From Bacteroidales bacterium (GTDB lineage Bacteria > Bacteroidota > Bacteroidia > Bacteroidales > WCHB1-69): DNA of 64,000 nt. Shown piece by piece: positions 56,501 to 64,000 of the stretch (position 1 is the first letter of the stretch; each line of letters begins with the position of its first letter). Both the position numbers and the translations under genes were made by a program. The notes below the pieces were generated by a model. The model saw only the letters and a list, made by a program, of their open reading frames with translations. It was not told the origin of the DNA and made no database searches. The DNA is taken from NCBI GenBank assembly GCA_016290295.1, contig JAEETJ010000009.1:27794-91793 (forward strand), in the 5' to 3' direction.

Positions 56501-59500
56501 TATTATGGAGAATCCTATTCGATACCGGGCATTTATACGCAAACTATTGAGAATGCTGCTGGTTGTGACAGTGTTGTGACCATCAATTTGGAGGAAATAT
56601 ACAATGTGGTAGCATTCGCTGACACTGTGGTGTGTGCTATTAATACGCCTTTCGAATGGAATGGTTACATCTTTACGCAAACCGCTACGCAGATGGTGAT
56701 ATTGCCTGCATCTACGGGTGCTGACAGTATGTTAGTGATGACGGTGACGGTGGTTTATACCACGTATGGTAGCATGGATACTACTGTGGTGGAGAATGAC
56801 TTGCCGTTTGTTTGGAATGGAGAGTCCTATACGACACCGGGTTATAAAATCCAGATGTTGTCTAATTATGCGGGCTGTGACAGTATCCTCACCATAAATC
56901 TGCATGTACTTTATAATGTTACATTGCCTGCTGATAGTACGGTGTGCGAGAGCGCATTGCCCGTGATATGGAACGGACAATCATTTGATGCTGAAGATAT
57001 TCAAGCTGCAACACATACTATCATCCATTCGGCTCTGTTGACTGCTTCAACAGGTGTGGACAGTACGGTGGTGATGACAGTAGTGGTTAATCCCACAACA
57101 TACGGTGTTGTTGATACTACAATCATCGAAAATGACTTGCCATTAGTGCTGAATGGAGAATCCTATCCTGTTGCGGGAACTCATACTCAAACTTTCAGTA
57201 ATTCAAATGTTTACGAATGTGATAGTGTGCTTACTATTCATCTCACTGTGTTGAATAATGTGACGGTTTATAGGGATTCGATTCTATGCCAAACTGAATT
57301 GCCATTGACTTGGAATGGAATCACTTTCGAATTAAATACTACTGAACCATTTGCTACACCAGTTATGCTCTTGGATTCGGCTGTTTTAACGGCTTCAACG
57401 GGTGTGGACAGTACGGTGGTAATGACGGTAGTGGTGAATCCAACGACATACGGTACTTTGGATACCACCATTTTGGAAAATGATTTGCCACTGTTGTTAA
57501 ATGGCCAGTCTTATATGACAGACAGCATTTTTAGCCAAACACTGGCTGGTGTCAATAGCAATGGCTGCGACAGCATGCTGACCGTCCACCTAACCGTTCG
57601 TTATAACGTAACAACATTTTTATATGACACTATTTGTGAGAGCCAGTTGCCTTTCACTTGGAATGGTATGACATTTGTGGCGGACTCTATAGCTGAAGGA
57701 AGCCATAGTTTCACGCAGTCAGCCATATTGACGGCCTCGACGGGAGTGGATAGTACCGTGGTGATGACGGTGCATGTCCTTTATGCCACAACAGGTATAG
57801 ATGAACAGGTTGCATGTGACAGCTATACCTGGATAGATGGACAAACCTATACGTCTAGTACAGAAACAGCAACTTACGTTTTGACCAATGAAGTTGGTTG
57901 TGACAGTGTGGTTACCCTGCATTTGACCGTGTATCACAGTGTGACAAGTCAAGATACTTTGGTATTGGTGGAAAACCAGTTGCCATATTATTTTGCTGCT
58001 GCGGATACTACCATAACTTTAGGAGCAGCTGTCGAGTCTCAGTTTAGTTACCATTTGTCCACCATCCATGGATGTGACTCATTGGTAGAACAGACGGTCA
58101 TAGTCCATTATAATACGAGTGCAACGCTTGACACGATGGTTTGTGCGGCATCATTGCCATACACTTGGCATGGCCATGTGTTTACTGAAGCTGGAGTATA
58201 TACAGACACACTGCTCAATAACAATGGAAGCAGCCATTATCTGACCTTGCATTTGACCGTGAGCAATCCAACGGTTACGATGCAAAACATTACACACATC
58301 AATTGTTATGGTGCCTCTACGGGTAGTGTAGGGGTGCTGGTAAGTGGCGGAGTGTCACCTTATACTCCTATTCATTGGGAGAACGAAGCAGGGACTACGG
58401 TTTCGACTACGGCCCAGCTGAATAACCAGCCGGCTGGAAAATATCGTCTGTTCGTGACGGATGCTTTAGGCTGTCAGGTGACGGATAGTGTTATACTGAC
58501 ACATCTGAACGACAGTATGGTGCCAGGTGTCATCGCTGCCAATCAGGGTGTGTGTGAAGGAACTCATTTGCAGACCTTTACAGGAACTGCCGCATCGGGT
58601 GGGGCAGGTAGCGTTTACCAGTGGCAGATTTCCACTAACGGTACCACATGGAATCCCGCTCCAGCACCAAATAACAGTCAAAACTACAATTATGCTCAGG
58701 CGGTTAACTCTCCCTTCTCGCTCCGCAGGGCATGGATTAGCGCGGCCTGTGGTACTGTATATAGCAATGTGGTCAATGTCATTGTCTATCATAATGTAGC
58801 GGACACTATCTACGATGTAGTTTGTCAGGGTTATCCGTATCAAGACAATGCTTTTGACATCTCCGCTACCGCCACGTCAACACCAGGTGTGTTGCCATGT
58901 TCCATTCATCTGCAAAGCGCCCACGGCTGCGACAGTATGGTGACACTGCTCCTGAGCATTACCCCTTCGTCATACGCAGAGGAGAGCTTGACAATATGCC
59001 AGAGCGAATTGCCATACACGTATAACGACACCACTTTCATGCCAGGTACGCCTCATCTTTCAACTTTCATCTTTCATCTTTCAACTTCAGAAGGTTGTGA
59101 TAGCATCCATACCCTGCATTTAACGGTAAATCCAGTGTATGAACTGAACTTTGAGGATGTGGTTTGCGAAGGCGATGCGTATGACAACCACGGCTTTGTG
59201 GTGCCATCAACCCAGACTGTCGGCGTGCCGGAACTGAACTTGACCCAGCAATTGCAAAGCCAGCTGGATTGCGACAGCATCGTGAACTTACATCTGACTG
59301 TGGTGGATACTTCTATCGCCATAGTATCGTTGACATCTGATTTCTGTGAAGAATATTCTGCAGAACTGTCTGTTGAGACCAACATGACAAACTATCTATG
59401 GAGTACAGGCGAGACTTCCCCGACCATTACCGTGACACAGCCCGGCACCTATACCGTGACCGCCACTCAGGATCATTGTTCAGTTTCTACATGGTATCAG

Positions 59501-59794
59501 ATAGAAACCTGTGAACTTAACGTATACTTGCCGAATGCCATCACACCCAATGACGATGGTATTAACGATTACTTCTGTCTCCACGAAAGATACTTGCCTA
59601 TGATCGCTGACTTCGAAATACGTATCTATACTCGTTGGGGCGAGTTGATATACTATTCCGATGACAAAAATTTCAAGTGGAATGGTGAGTATCGTGGCCG
59701 CATTAATCGCAATATTATATACACTTATCTGATTAATTTCACCGATAACCGAGGCATCCCGTATCAGCTCACAGGAACCATTACCGTGCTGTAA
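50600..59794 (+). CDS. Giant (3064 aa) T9SS-secreted repeat protein with a type-B C-terminal domain
   Basis: Signal peptide MLMRRGVILLIFSLFLLPIALQGQ. About 34 Cys-containing modules end in GCDS-x-V-T-x-x-L-x-V. There is one SprB-like repeat (INCYGASTGSVGVLVSGGVSPY). The C-terminus reads LPNAITPNDDGINDYF...IRIYTRWGELIYYS...WNGEYRG. Confidence 0.85.
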   Translation: MLMRRGVILLIFSLFLLPIALQGQSCNMQNGSTVTLPLSCPQSVFFYDPPDPPGDCDFQLTENDSLITHVSYNAPLCEGDTMVLTCTNPIDGVTYHWWGPENWSATTTVPIVMIPNVSMANAGQYFLSLMGAGITVDTAHVNVFVAALPVVTLTSNHDTICSQTSVILTANVANNTFVRYLWLSGNVSDTTNSEENPLEVSPQTTTTYRVIATNEWECTSSTSKTITVRPLSDVSILGDSLMCLGDSILLTALFDNFDCSCHWNTGDTSHVIWVYPTEDADYEVSVTNNYGCTSSDTKHVDVLYGTHNVLTERACEVYIWHDQTYDTTGVYTYAYTNDEGCASVDTLYLSVNQNFQIDENPVMEDSCINGQLALEACNGNQVTLSAPEGYDSYRWNNGSASATATYTVNGTTTASCLVSTTDCELTLMATLLTQSGQPAVNSVIYDTICEGECYTDNFYNLPPQNEIGTHVFSNTFYNVNTCSGGCLTTTLYLTVQQHLYHIYDTACVGQNYNIFGLQLSDLTVGERLISRDFHRNNGCDSSVTLHLKVEPPFTISNTITGDTAVCRNGYDTYILPNANNFASFHWNVPEGVNVIGGQETPVVSLSFTDEAFTPAHITVIGTHLCGIDSVSLSVTHFPVYDIVIQDSICIGDEYHRYGFDLAQQDSAGLFTYTNSGTTIHGCDSVVTLQLKVNPTYAVNDSLTICASELPYTWNGVLFTEAGIQTTTLQTVNGCDSMVTMTLIVNPIYAVPDSMTICASELPYTWNEVEFTAAGTQNVTLQTINGCDSVVTKVLTVNPIYAVPDSMMICASELPYTWNDVVFTAAGSQNVTYQTVNGCDSVVTMVLTVNPTYAVPDSMIVCDTELPYTWNGVEFTAAGTQTATLQTINGCDSVVTMVLTVNPTYAVPDSMTICASELPYTWNEVEFTEAGIQTATLQTVNGCDSVVAMVLTVNPTYAVSDSMTICDSELPYIWNEIEFIDAGTQNVTLQTINGCDSVVTMVLTVNPTYAVPDSMIICDTELPYTWNEVEFTEAGTQNVTLQTVNGCDSVVTMVLTVNPTYAVPDSMTICDSELPYTWNGVEFTAEGTQTATLQTVNGCDSVVTMFLTVNPTYVVPDSMTICASELPYTWNGVEFTTAGTQTATLQTVNGCDSVVTMVLTVNPTYAVPDSMTICDSELPYTWNEIEFTEAGTQTVTLQTVNGCDSVVTMVLTVNPTYAVPDSMTICASELPYTWNGVEFTEAGTQTATLQTVNGCDSVVTMVLTVNPTYAVPDSMTICASELPYTWNEVEFTEAGIQTATLQTVNGCDSVVTMVLTVNPTYAVPDSIIICDIELPYVWNEVEFTEAGTQTVTLQTVNGCDSVVTMVLTVNPTYAVSDTMTICANGLPYMWNNVEFTEAGTQTVTLQTVNGCDSIVTMTLVVTTTYIVSDERDICDNELPYLWNEVEFTAAGTQNVTLQAVNGCDSVVIMFLTVNPIYTVPDSMTICDSELPYIWNEVEFTEAGSQTVTLQTLNGCDSVVTMFLTVNPTYAVPDSMTICDSELPYIWNEIEFIEAGIQTATLQTVNGCDSVVTMVLTVNPTYAVPDSMTICASELPYTWNEIEFTEAGTQTATLQTVNGCDSVVTMVLTVNLTYAVHDSTTICASELPYTWNEVEFTEECTQTATLQTVNGCDSVVAMVLTVNPTYAVSDSMTICDSELPYIWNEIEFIEAGIQTATLQTVNGCDSVVTMVLTVNQTVTNFDEQIVCDSLTWLDGITYYASTNIPTYTYVGGAANGCDSIVTLHLIVNQSYIIEDTLTICENELPYTYGDTVFGIETTSMSVHYIHNSTALACDSITLLTIELVPSSYNTLDTIVLENDLPLWMNGVAYSTDTTFALTFAGANDAGCDSVVTVHINVLYNDMVYVDTTICDNDFPFTWNGVVFTTACTQSVVYTATNGVDSVVTMTVNYNPTTYGFMDTTVLQNDLPFVYYGESYSIPGIYTQTIENAAGCDSVVTINLEEIYNVVAFADTVVCAINTPFEWNGYIFTQTATQMVILPASTGADSMLVMTVTVVYTTYGSMDTTVVENDLPFVWNGESYTTPGYKIQMLSNYAGCDSILTINLHVLYNVTLPADSTVCESALPVIWNGQSFDAEDIQAATHTIIHSALLTASTGVDSTVVMTVVVNPTTYGVVDTTIIENDLPLVLNGESYPVAGTHTQTFSNSNVYECDSVLTIHLTVLNNVTVYRDSILCQTELPLTWNGITFELNTTEPFATPVMLLDSAVLTASTGVDSTVVMTVVVNPTTYGTLDTTILENDLPLLLNGQSYMTDSIFSQTLAGVNSNGCDSMLTVHLTVRYNVTTFLYDTICESQLPFTWNGMTFVADSIAEGSHSFTQSAILTASTGVDSTVVMTVHVLYATTGIDEQVACDSYTWIDGQTYTSSTETATYVLTNEVGCDSVVTLHLTVYHSVTSQDTLVLVENQLPYYFAAADTTITLGAAVESQFSYHLSTIHGCDSLVEQTVIVHYNTSATLDTMVCAASLPYTWHGHVFTEAGVYTDTLLNNNGSSHYLTLHLTVSNPTVTMQNITHINCYGASTGSVGVLVSGGVSPYTPIHWENEAGTTVSTTAQLNNQPAGKYRLFVTDALGCQVTDSVILTHLNDSMVPGVIAANQGVCEGTHLQTFTGTAASGGAGSVYQWQISTNGTTWNPAPAPNNSQNYNYAQAVNSPFSLRRAWISAACGTVYSNVVNVIVYHNVADTIYDVVCQGYPYQDNAFDISATATSTPGVLPCSIHLQSAHGCDSMVTLLLSITPSSYAEESLTICQSELPYTYNDTTFMPGTPHLSTFIFHLSTSEGCDSIHTLHLTVNPVYELNFEDVVCEGDAYDNHGFVVPSTQTVGVPELNLTQQLQSQLDCDSIVNLHLTVVDTSIAIVSLTSDFCEEYSAELSVETNMTNYLWSTGETSPTITVTQPGTYTVTATQDHCSVSTWYQIETCELNVYLPNAITPNDDGINDYFCLHERYLPMIADFEIRIYTRWGELIYYSDDKNFKWNGEYRGRINRNIIYTYLINFTDNRGIPYQLTGTITVL
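52673..55792 (+). repeat. 20 tandem in-frame copies of a 156-bp (52-aa) unit inside the giant gene
   Basis: Consensus unit: VNPTYAVPDSMTICASELPYTWNEVEFTEAGTQTATLQTVNGCDSVVTMVLT. Unit starts at 52673 and 52829 confirm the 156-bp period. The last unit ends at 55792. Confidence 0.95.
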
Positions 59795-59825
59795 TCAGGG
59801 GACAGGATACAGGTAGCAGGTGGTA
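59795..59825. repeat. 7-bp array TCAGGGG ACAGGAT ACAGGTA GCAGGTG immediately after the stop of the giant gene
   Basis: Read directly. The units are degenerate. Confidence 0.6.
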
Positions 59826-59856
59826 ACGTGTTAACCTATTTTGGAGAGTCTGATTT

Positions 59857-60223
59857 TTATAGATACGATACAATCCCTGCAACTTTATGATCATTTAAGC
59901 ATTCTATTGCTTCCTTAAACTTTTGTCGAAATTCAGGCGAAGTCTCTTTTGCAATTTAAGTGTGTCTCCTTTAGGATCCATCAACATTATCGGACTGTCA
60001 TTGTGCAAAACACAAATGGACTAACACTCGGATACTCATTCCACTTCGGGTCAACGCTCCACCATCGGGCTAAACGGCTGTCGTATTGCCTGAATTCATA
60101 GCCAAAATTTGCCAATTCTCCAAACATCTTATTATCACCCTCTTGACCGTTAAAAAAGTACCGATATTCCCCAATATTGGTACTTTGGGAAAATTGTTGA
60201 TTATAAATGATTTGCATTGACAT
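59857..60223 (-). pseudogene. Degraded orphan RHS C-terminal module (RHS core-end homology, then 2 frameshifts and an early stop)
   Basis: Frame 1 reads ...STNIGEYRYFFNGQEGDNKMFGELANFGYEFRQYDSRLARWWSVDPKWNEYPSVSPFVFC then a stop. Frame 2 continues HNDSPIMLMDPKGDTLK. Frame 3 continues IAKETSPEFRQKFKEAIECLNDHKVAGIVSYL then a stop. Confidence 0.55.
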
Positions 60224-60239
60224 GGCAAACTACTGCATG

Positions 60240-60584
60240 CTACATTTTTTTCAGATATTCCTCAACTTGAAGTTTTAATGGTAATACATCTTCTGTTGCG
60301 GTAATCCATAGAGTCCTATCAGAAATATTGCTATACCCATGCACTAACACATGTCTCATTGCAATGATTTCATTCCAAGGAAGCTCAGAGTGGGTGTCTT
60401 TGAATGGAATGCTTAACATATATGCAGCTTCTCCAATAATCTCCACATTTTTCAACACCGCAAAATATAATAGTTTGTCAGATATGAATTCCTCAAATGT
60501 CTTCCCTTGTACAAAAGAGAGAACATTTTCGGCATAACATACAATATCTTCCAATCGTCCTTTATCTCTACTAGGCTCTCTCAT
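60240..60584 (-). CDS. hepT: HepT-like (DUF86/HEPN) RNase toxin
   Basis: Rx4HxY motif in AMRHVLVHGY. It overlaps the upstream MNT gene by 14 nt. Confidence 0.8.
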   Translation of the reverse strand: MREPSRDKGRLEDIVCYAENVLSFVQGKTFEEFISDKLLYFAVLKNVEIIGEAAYMLSIPFKDTHSELPWNEIIAMRHVLVHGYSNISDRTLWITATEDVLPLKLQVEEYLKKM

Positions 60585-60867
60585 AAATCAATTTTTTGTC
60601 TTTATTGGCAGTAATTGCAGCGTATGGGCGCAATGTTCCTTCCTCAACCAAATCCACTTCCTTGTTAAGTAGTTTTTTTAAGTCCAGATACATACTGGCA
60701 AACTTTAGCAACCCCACTTTTTGTGAATAATCCAAGGTCACCAGTACATCGACATCGCTTTCAGGCGTTTCCTCTCCCCGAGCGTAAGAGCCAAACAGCC
60801 ATGCCTTCAAAACAGGTTGGGTTTTGAAGTATTCGGCTAATACTTTTTGAATTTCAAGAGTGCTCAT
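60571..60867 (-). CDS. mntA: MNT-type nucleotidyltransferase antitoxin
   Basis: The GSxxRG...DxD motif is present in LFGSYARGEETPESDVDVLV. Confidence 0.8.
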   Translation of the reverse strand: MSTLEIQKVLAEYFKTQPVLKAWLFGSYARGEETPESDVDVLVTLDYSQKVGLLKFASMYLDLKKLLNKEVDLVEEGTLRPYAAITANKDKKLIYERA

Positions 60868-60889
60868 AAGCGATGTCTTTTTATTGCCG

Positions 60890-60897
60890 CAAAGTTA
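60890..60897 (-). promoter_or_regulatory. Bacteroidota -7 box for the MNT/HepT pair
   Basis: Reverse complement TAACTTTG, 23 nt upstream of ATG 60867. Confidence 0.45.
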
Positions 60898-60936
60898 CAT
60901 ATTTTTCTCGAAACAAATAGGGTCAAGTATATTTTA

Positions 60937-61017
60937 TTATTTTTTGGAATGCGAGGTGTAAGTTTCCCCAATGTTGGTACCAGGTGATTTTGGGCGGTAT
61001 GTGAGGGTGAGGTCCAT
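60937..61017 (-). pseudogene. 5' fragment of an orphan RHS module (27 codons)
   Basis: My translation is MDLTLTYRPKSPGTNIGETYTSHSKK then a stop. It is homologous to the start of the 61494..62396 gene (MKPPLTYSPKSTSSNIGGYRY) and breaks right after NIGE. Confidence 0.5.
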
Positions 61018-61083
61018 GAGATGAAATAACAGATATTTATATCGTATTTAATTCAAATTATAATTATTTATAATATGAAGATT

Positions 61084-61497
61084 TCACGGAGTCTCTCTCC
61101 ACCATTTGTCTATAGAATCTTCCCTCATATCCATGATTCGTAATAAATCTTTTTTCACACTATCAATATTTTCCCCTTTCCTCTTGCTTTTTTTCACATA
61201 TTCTTTATAATATGAAAAAAAGTCTTCTGACAATGCGAAGTAATCGCATTCAGAGTATATATTAAACAGAGAATCTTCCCCTTTATAATCAATACCAGAA
61301 CCTGTATCTGTCATTTTAATGTCATTGTCTATTATTTCATCACATGCCATCGTGTCGATATTTCTCCTAATAACATTAGAATCAACATTTTCATTAAGCC
61401 TTACTTGCGTAACCATATCCGAGTCTTTATGTACATTCTTACATGTGGAACAGAATATCATGATACAGAAAGAGATGCATAATATTATCATTTTCAT
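61084..61497 (-). CDS. Putative immunity lipoprotein for the upstream orphan toxin
   Basis: MKMIILCISFCIMIFCSTC lipobox. 4-nt overlap with the toxin gene. AT-rich. No family recognised. Confidence 0.55.
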   Translation of the reverse strand: MKMIILCISFCIMIFCSTCKNVHKDSDMVTQVRLNENVDSNVIRRNIDTMACDEIIDNDIKMTDTGSGIDYKGEDSLFNIYSECDYFALSEDFFSYYKEYVKKSKRKGENIDSVKKDLLRIMDMREDSIDKWWRETP

Positions 61498-62396
61498 TTT
61501 CCTAATTTATCCATTTCATTTTTAATAATTTCCATATATCTTTGAGCCTTTTCAGGATTATTTTTTTCAAATCTTTTCCATGATGTGGTTTCTCGCAGGC
61601 CACCCCATGAAACGGCCTCATACCATTCATCCGAATGTGTAGTGCCCATTTGTGAATCGAATTCTTTCATTCCCTTAACAAGATCCCGTCTATTATAAGA
61701 TCCCATTTGATTATGATGCCATCCATCTTGAGGTCGACTCAAAAAATCTTTATATCCCGGATAATTATTAAAGGTTGGATCATCTTGTCGTATGTCGAAC
61801 ATTCTGGCATGAAATGCTTCATGCAATAATACTCCAAATACAAATGTCAAATCACCAGAAATAGCTCCTTCTTTATCTAAAATTGCACTATTAATGACAA
61901 TCCTTTCTATCCCATATTTACCAACAGGGTTTTTAGGATTTTGGGCAGATTGTGTTTGTGCTACTTTGTGTTTACCTACAACCTCCCCGTGCTCTATCAA
62001 TTTACCTAAATGAATGTATATATTGCTTTGATTTGAATAAAAACGTTTTAACACATTTCGAAAAACATGATTCTTTTCCACTTTAGAGAAAAATGTATTT
62101 ACAGATTGATTAGCTTTTAATGCTGATGTTGGAATTACATCTTTACCTTCTAAATCCACCAGTACTACTGGGTTCCCATTACAGAAAACAAACGGACTGA
62201 CACTCGGGTACTCGTTCCACTTCGGATCCACACTCCACCACCTGCCCAATCGGCTGTCGTATTGCCGGAATTCGTAGCCAAAATTAGCTATTTCTCCAAA
62301 CACCTCATTATCACCCTCTTGTCCGTTAAAAAAGTACCGATATCCCCCGATATTGGAACTGGTGGATTTTGGGCTATATGTGAGAGGCGGTTTCAT
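61494..62396 (-). CDS. Orphan RHS C-terminal toxin module with HExxH (metallopeptidase-like) domain
   Basis: It starts inside the RHS core-end homology region (NIGGYRYFFNGQEGDNEVFG...YDSRLGRWWSVDP...GNPVVLVDLEGKD). A unique domain with LLHEAFHARM follows. Confidence 0.7.
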   Translation of the reverse strand: MKPPLTYSPKSTSSNIGGYRYFFNGQEGDNEVFGEIANFGYEFRQYDSRLGRWWSVDPKWNEYPSVSPFVFCNGNPVVLVDLEGKDVIPTSALKANQSVNTFFSKVEKNHVFRNVLKRFYSNQSNIYIHLGKLIEHGEVVGKHKVAQTQSAQNPKNPVGKYGIERIVINSAILDKEGAISGDLTFVFGVLLHEAFHARMFDIRQDDPTFNNYPGYKDFLSRPQDGWHHNQMGSYNRRDLVKGMKEFDSQMGTTHSDEWYEAVSWGGLRETTSWKRFEKNNPEKAQRYMEIIKNEMDKLGK

Positions 62397-62468
62397 GGGG
62401 CAAAGATAGGATTTTTTCAGGTTGGGGAAAACAAAATATCACATGAATAGTATCTATAAATTGAGAAG

Positions 62469-62933
62469 CTACCAAATAATTAAAGTTGGTTTATTCTCAG
62501 GACTAATCTTATTGATAGTTTTAAAAAGATTTGTTATTTCATTAACTTCCATATTTCCAACGACAATTTTTCGGCATAGTTTACCTAAAGAATAATCAAT
62601 TTCCCAGTAAATTCCGTCTATCCATTTATCATCGGTGTAATGGGATTTCAGATTCTCCATTTTTTTTAATGCAGATACAATATCAAGCATCTCCTCTTTT
62701 GTTAATTTCTTTTTTATAAGTTTCTTTTTTATCGTCTCGTGTTCTTTCGTCTTTAAATCATAGATTAGCAGATACCCATTCGTAATCACAAACGAATAAT
62801 CATTAGAATATGGTAATACTATCTGCTTTATCTCCAAATGACAACAAGGAACAAAATCGTTCTTGATGATTTTTTTTTGCGGAACACAGGAAGTCAACAA
62901 AAAAAGCAATGGGAGGATGGCGATTGTTCTCAT
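62469..62933 (-). CDS. Putative immunity lipoprotein for the RHS toxin
   Basis: I prefer the start MRTIAILPLLFLLTSC (lipobox, ATG at 62933), 7 nt after the RHS stop. Confidence 0.55.
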   Translation of the reverse strand: MRTIAILPLLFLLTSCVPQKKIIKNDFVPCCHLEIKQIVLPYSNDYSFVITNGYLLIYDLKTKEHETIKKKLIKKKLTKEEMLDIVSALKKMENLKSHYTDDKWIDGIYWEIDYSLGKLCRKIVVGNMEVNEITNLFKTINKISPENKPTLIIW

Positions 62934-62940
62934 TTTATGC

Positions 62941-64000
62941 TTATTTTTCTGGGACACAATGTTGTTCAAATTCTTTGATTATGTGCATCTTATTTTGATA
63001 ATTATCTTCTATTATTTTTACAATCTCTTTTTTGCTTAGTCCCTCTCCTTTCAAAATTATTCTATCATAATAATTTGACAACATATATGCTTCAAATTCA
63101 TCTTGATAATCATAATATGATGGCGAATCTGTTTCTTTATTCCATCCCCATTCTCTCCATGAGAAACCGGCACCATGTCTTGTCTCATGAATCAATGATT
63201 TTGACAATCCTGAATAAAACCAAATAACTATTCTGTTATTTTCTTTGTCGTAAGATGTTCCACCTCCTGAAAGATACTTACCATTAGGATTGGATCTTGC
63301 TATATAATAAAACTTAACTGTTGAATTAATCACTTCATCAAAAGAAATTTTGATTTCATTCAATTTTGAACGTTTTAAATTAAGCTCTTTGATTTTACGC
63401 ACCATTTTCTTGTTAATCCGTTCATTATCATACCCTTTTTCCAACCACCTGTCTGATTGTCGTTCCATTTTAACATTTAATTTATTTATCTTATCGCACA
63501 CTCTCTTATAAATGTCATTAAATAGAATACGTGCTGAATTGTTTGCAAAACTAGTATCAAGACCCCTATCATCTGCGAACCATATCGGGTTTCCTGCAAA
63601 GCATGCATACGGACTCTCGTACTCCTTGAACACAGGATCTATATTCCATCGTCTTCCCAACCTGCTGTCATACTGCCAGAATTCAGCGGTCAAACTCACC
63701 CCGTCTCCAAACACCTCATTATCACCCTCTTGCCCGTTAAAAAAGTACCGATATCCCCCGATATTGGTACTTCGGTTGGGAATAGGATAGCCGAAGGGGT
63801 AATAATCGGTGGAACTTATGGTATATGGCTTGTAGGTGTTGTCCCCCGATGAATACGGCTGGCGGCGGTCAAGGATAGTGACCATTACATTGCCTAAGTG
63901 GTCAGTCAGCTCGTATTGCCTCATACCAATGGTGAAGGGCGGGATAGATGGATTTGCCGGGGTTGTCAGATTAATCTCCTGCCTCAGTTCTCCTAATCTC
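62941..64000 (-). CDS. RHS/YD-repeat polymorphic toxin, C-terminal part. The 5' end runs off the right window edge.
   Basis: The frame stays open upstream of the track start (…RLGELRQEINLTTPANPSIPPFTIGMRQYELTDHLGNV...). Core-end motifs are DYYPFG, GGYRYFFNGQEGDNEVFG, YDSRLGRRWNIDP and GNPIWFADDRGLD. A C-terminal domain with HETRHG (HExxH) follows. Confidence 0.75.
   Translation of the reverse strand, partial: RLGELRQEINLTTPANPSIPPFTIGMRQYELTDHLGNVMVTILDRRQPYSSGDNTYKPYTISSTDYYPFGYPIPNRSTNIGGYRYFFNGQEGDNEVFGDGVSLTAEFWQYDSRLGRRWNIDPVFKEYESPYACFAGNPIWFADDRGLDTSFANNSARILFNDIYKRVCDKINKLNVKMERQSDRWLEKGYDNERINKKMVRKIKELNLKRSKLNEIKISFDEVINSTVKFYYIARSNPNGKYLSGGGTSYDKENNRIVIWFYSGLSKSLIHETRHGAGFSWREWGWNKETDSPSYYDYQDEFEAYMLSNYYDRIILKGEGLSKKEIVKIIEDNYQNKMHIIKEFEQHCVPEK

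Noticed and set aside
62397-62408. CAAAGATA (-7-box-like) immediately upstream of the orphan toxin ATG at 62396, as a dedicated promoter.
   Set aside because: It lies only 1 to 2 nt from the start codon, too close for the usual -7 / TSS / leader geometry. It may be chance, and the orphan may be silent or read through.

Overview
The window looks like a Bacteroidota (Bacteroidales-like) chromosome. The evidence is TAnnTTTG -7 promoter boxes in front of most genes, T9SS type-B C-terminal domains, FISUMP domains and a long S1 protein.

Housekeeping genes: rpsA, rsmE, pgi, maf, yggS, tyrS, ligA, a class I PMI, an arginine-decarboxylase-like enzyme, FloA/NfeD, and a fused glycogen synthase/alpha-glucan phosphorylase. 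Between them lie large secreted surface proteins: a 1256-aa T9SS cargo gene in a 3-gene cluster, a 1191-aa FISUMP protein, and a 3064-aa T9SS protein containing 20 near-identical 156-bp tandem repeats.

Mobile and conflict-related content:
- An IS200/RAYT-like Y1 transposase flanked by palindromes.
- Two type II TA pairs, HicAB and MNT/HepT.
- An AT-rich RHS polymorphic-toxin locus at the right edge, with orphan HExxH toxin and lipoprotein-immunity cassettes. One orphan appears to be split by the MNT/HepT cassette.
- A TIR-transmembrane protein plus TPR protein gene pair at the left edge. The TPR gene is edge-truncated and missing from the ORF track.

The most unusual raw-sequence signal is a family of at least 12 short arrays of 7-bp tandem repeats. 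They sit at gene 3' ends and intercistronic gaps and often supply the last codons and the stop codon. One inverted pair of arrays exactly brackets a four-helix-bundle (23S-rRNA-IVS/Avd-like) gene, and another inverted pair brackets no ORF.

I saw no rRNA, tRNA or CRISPR array by eye. All family assignments come from motif recognition only; no searches were run.
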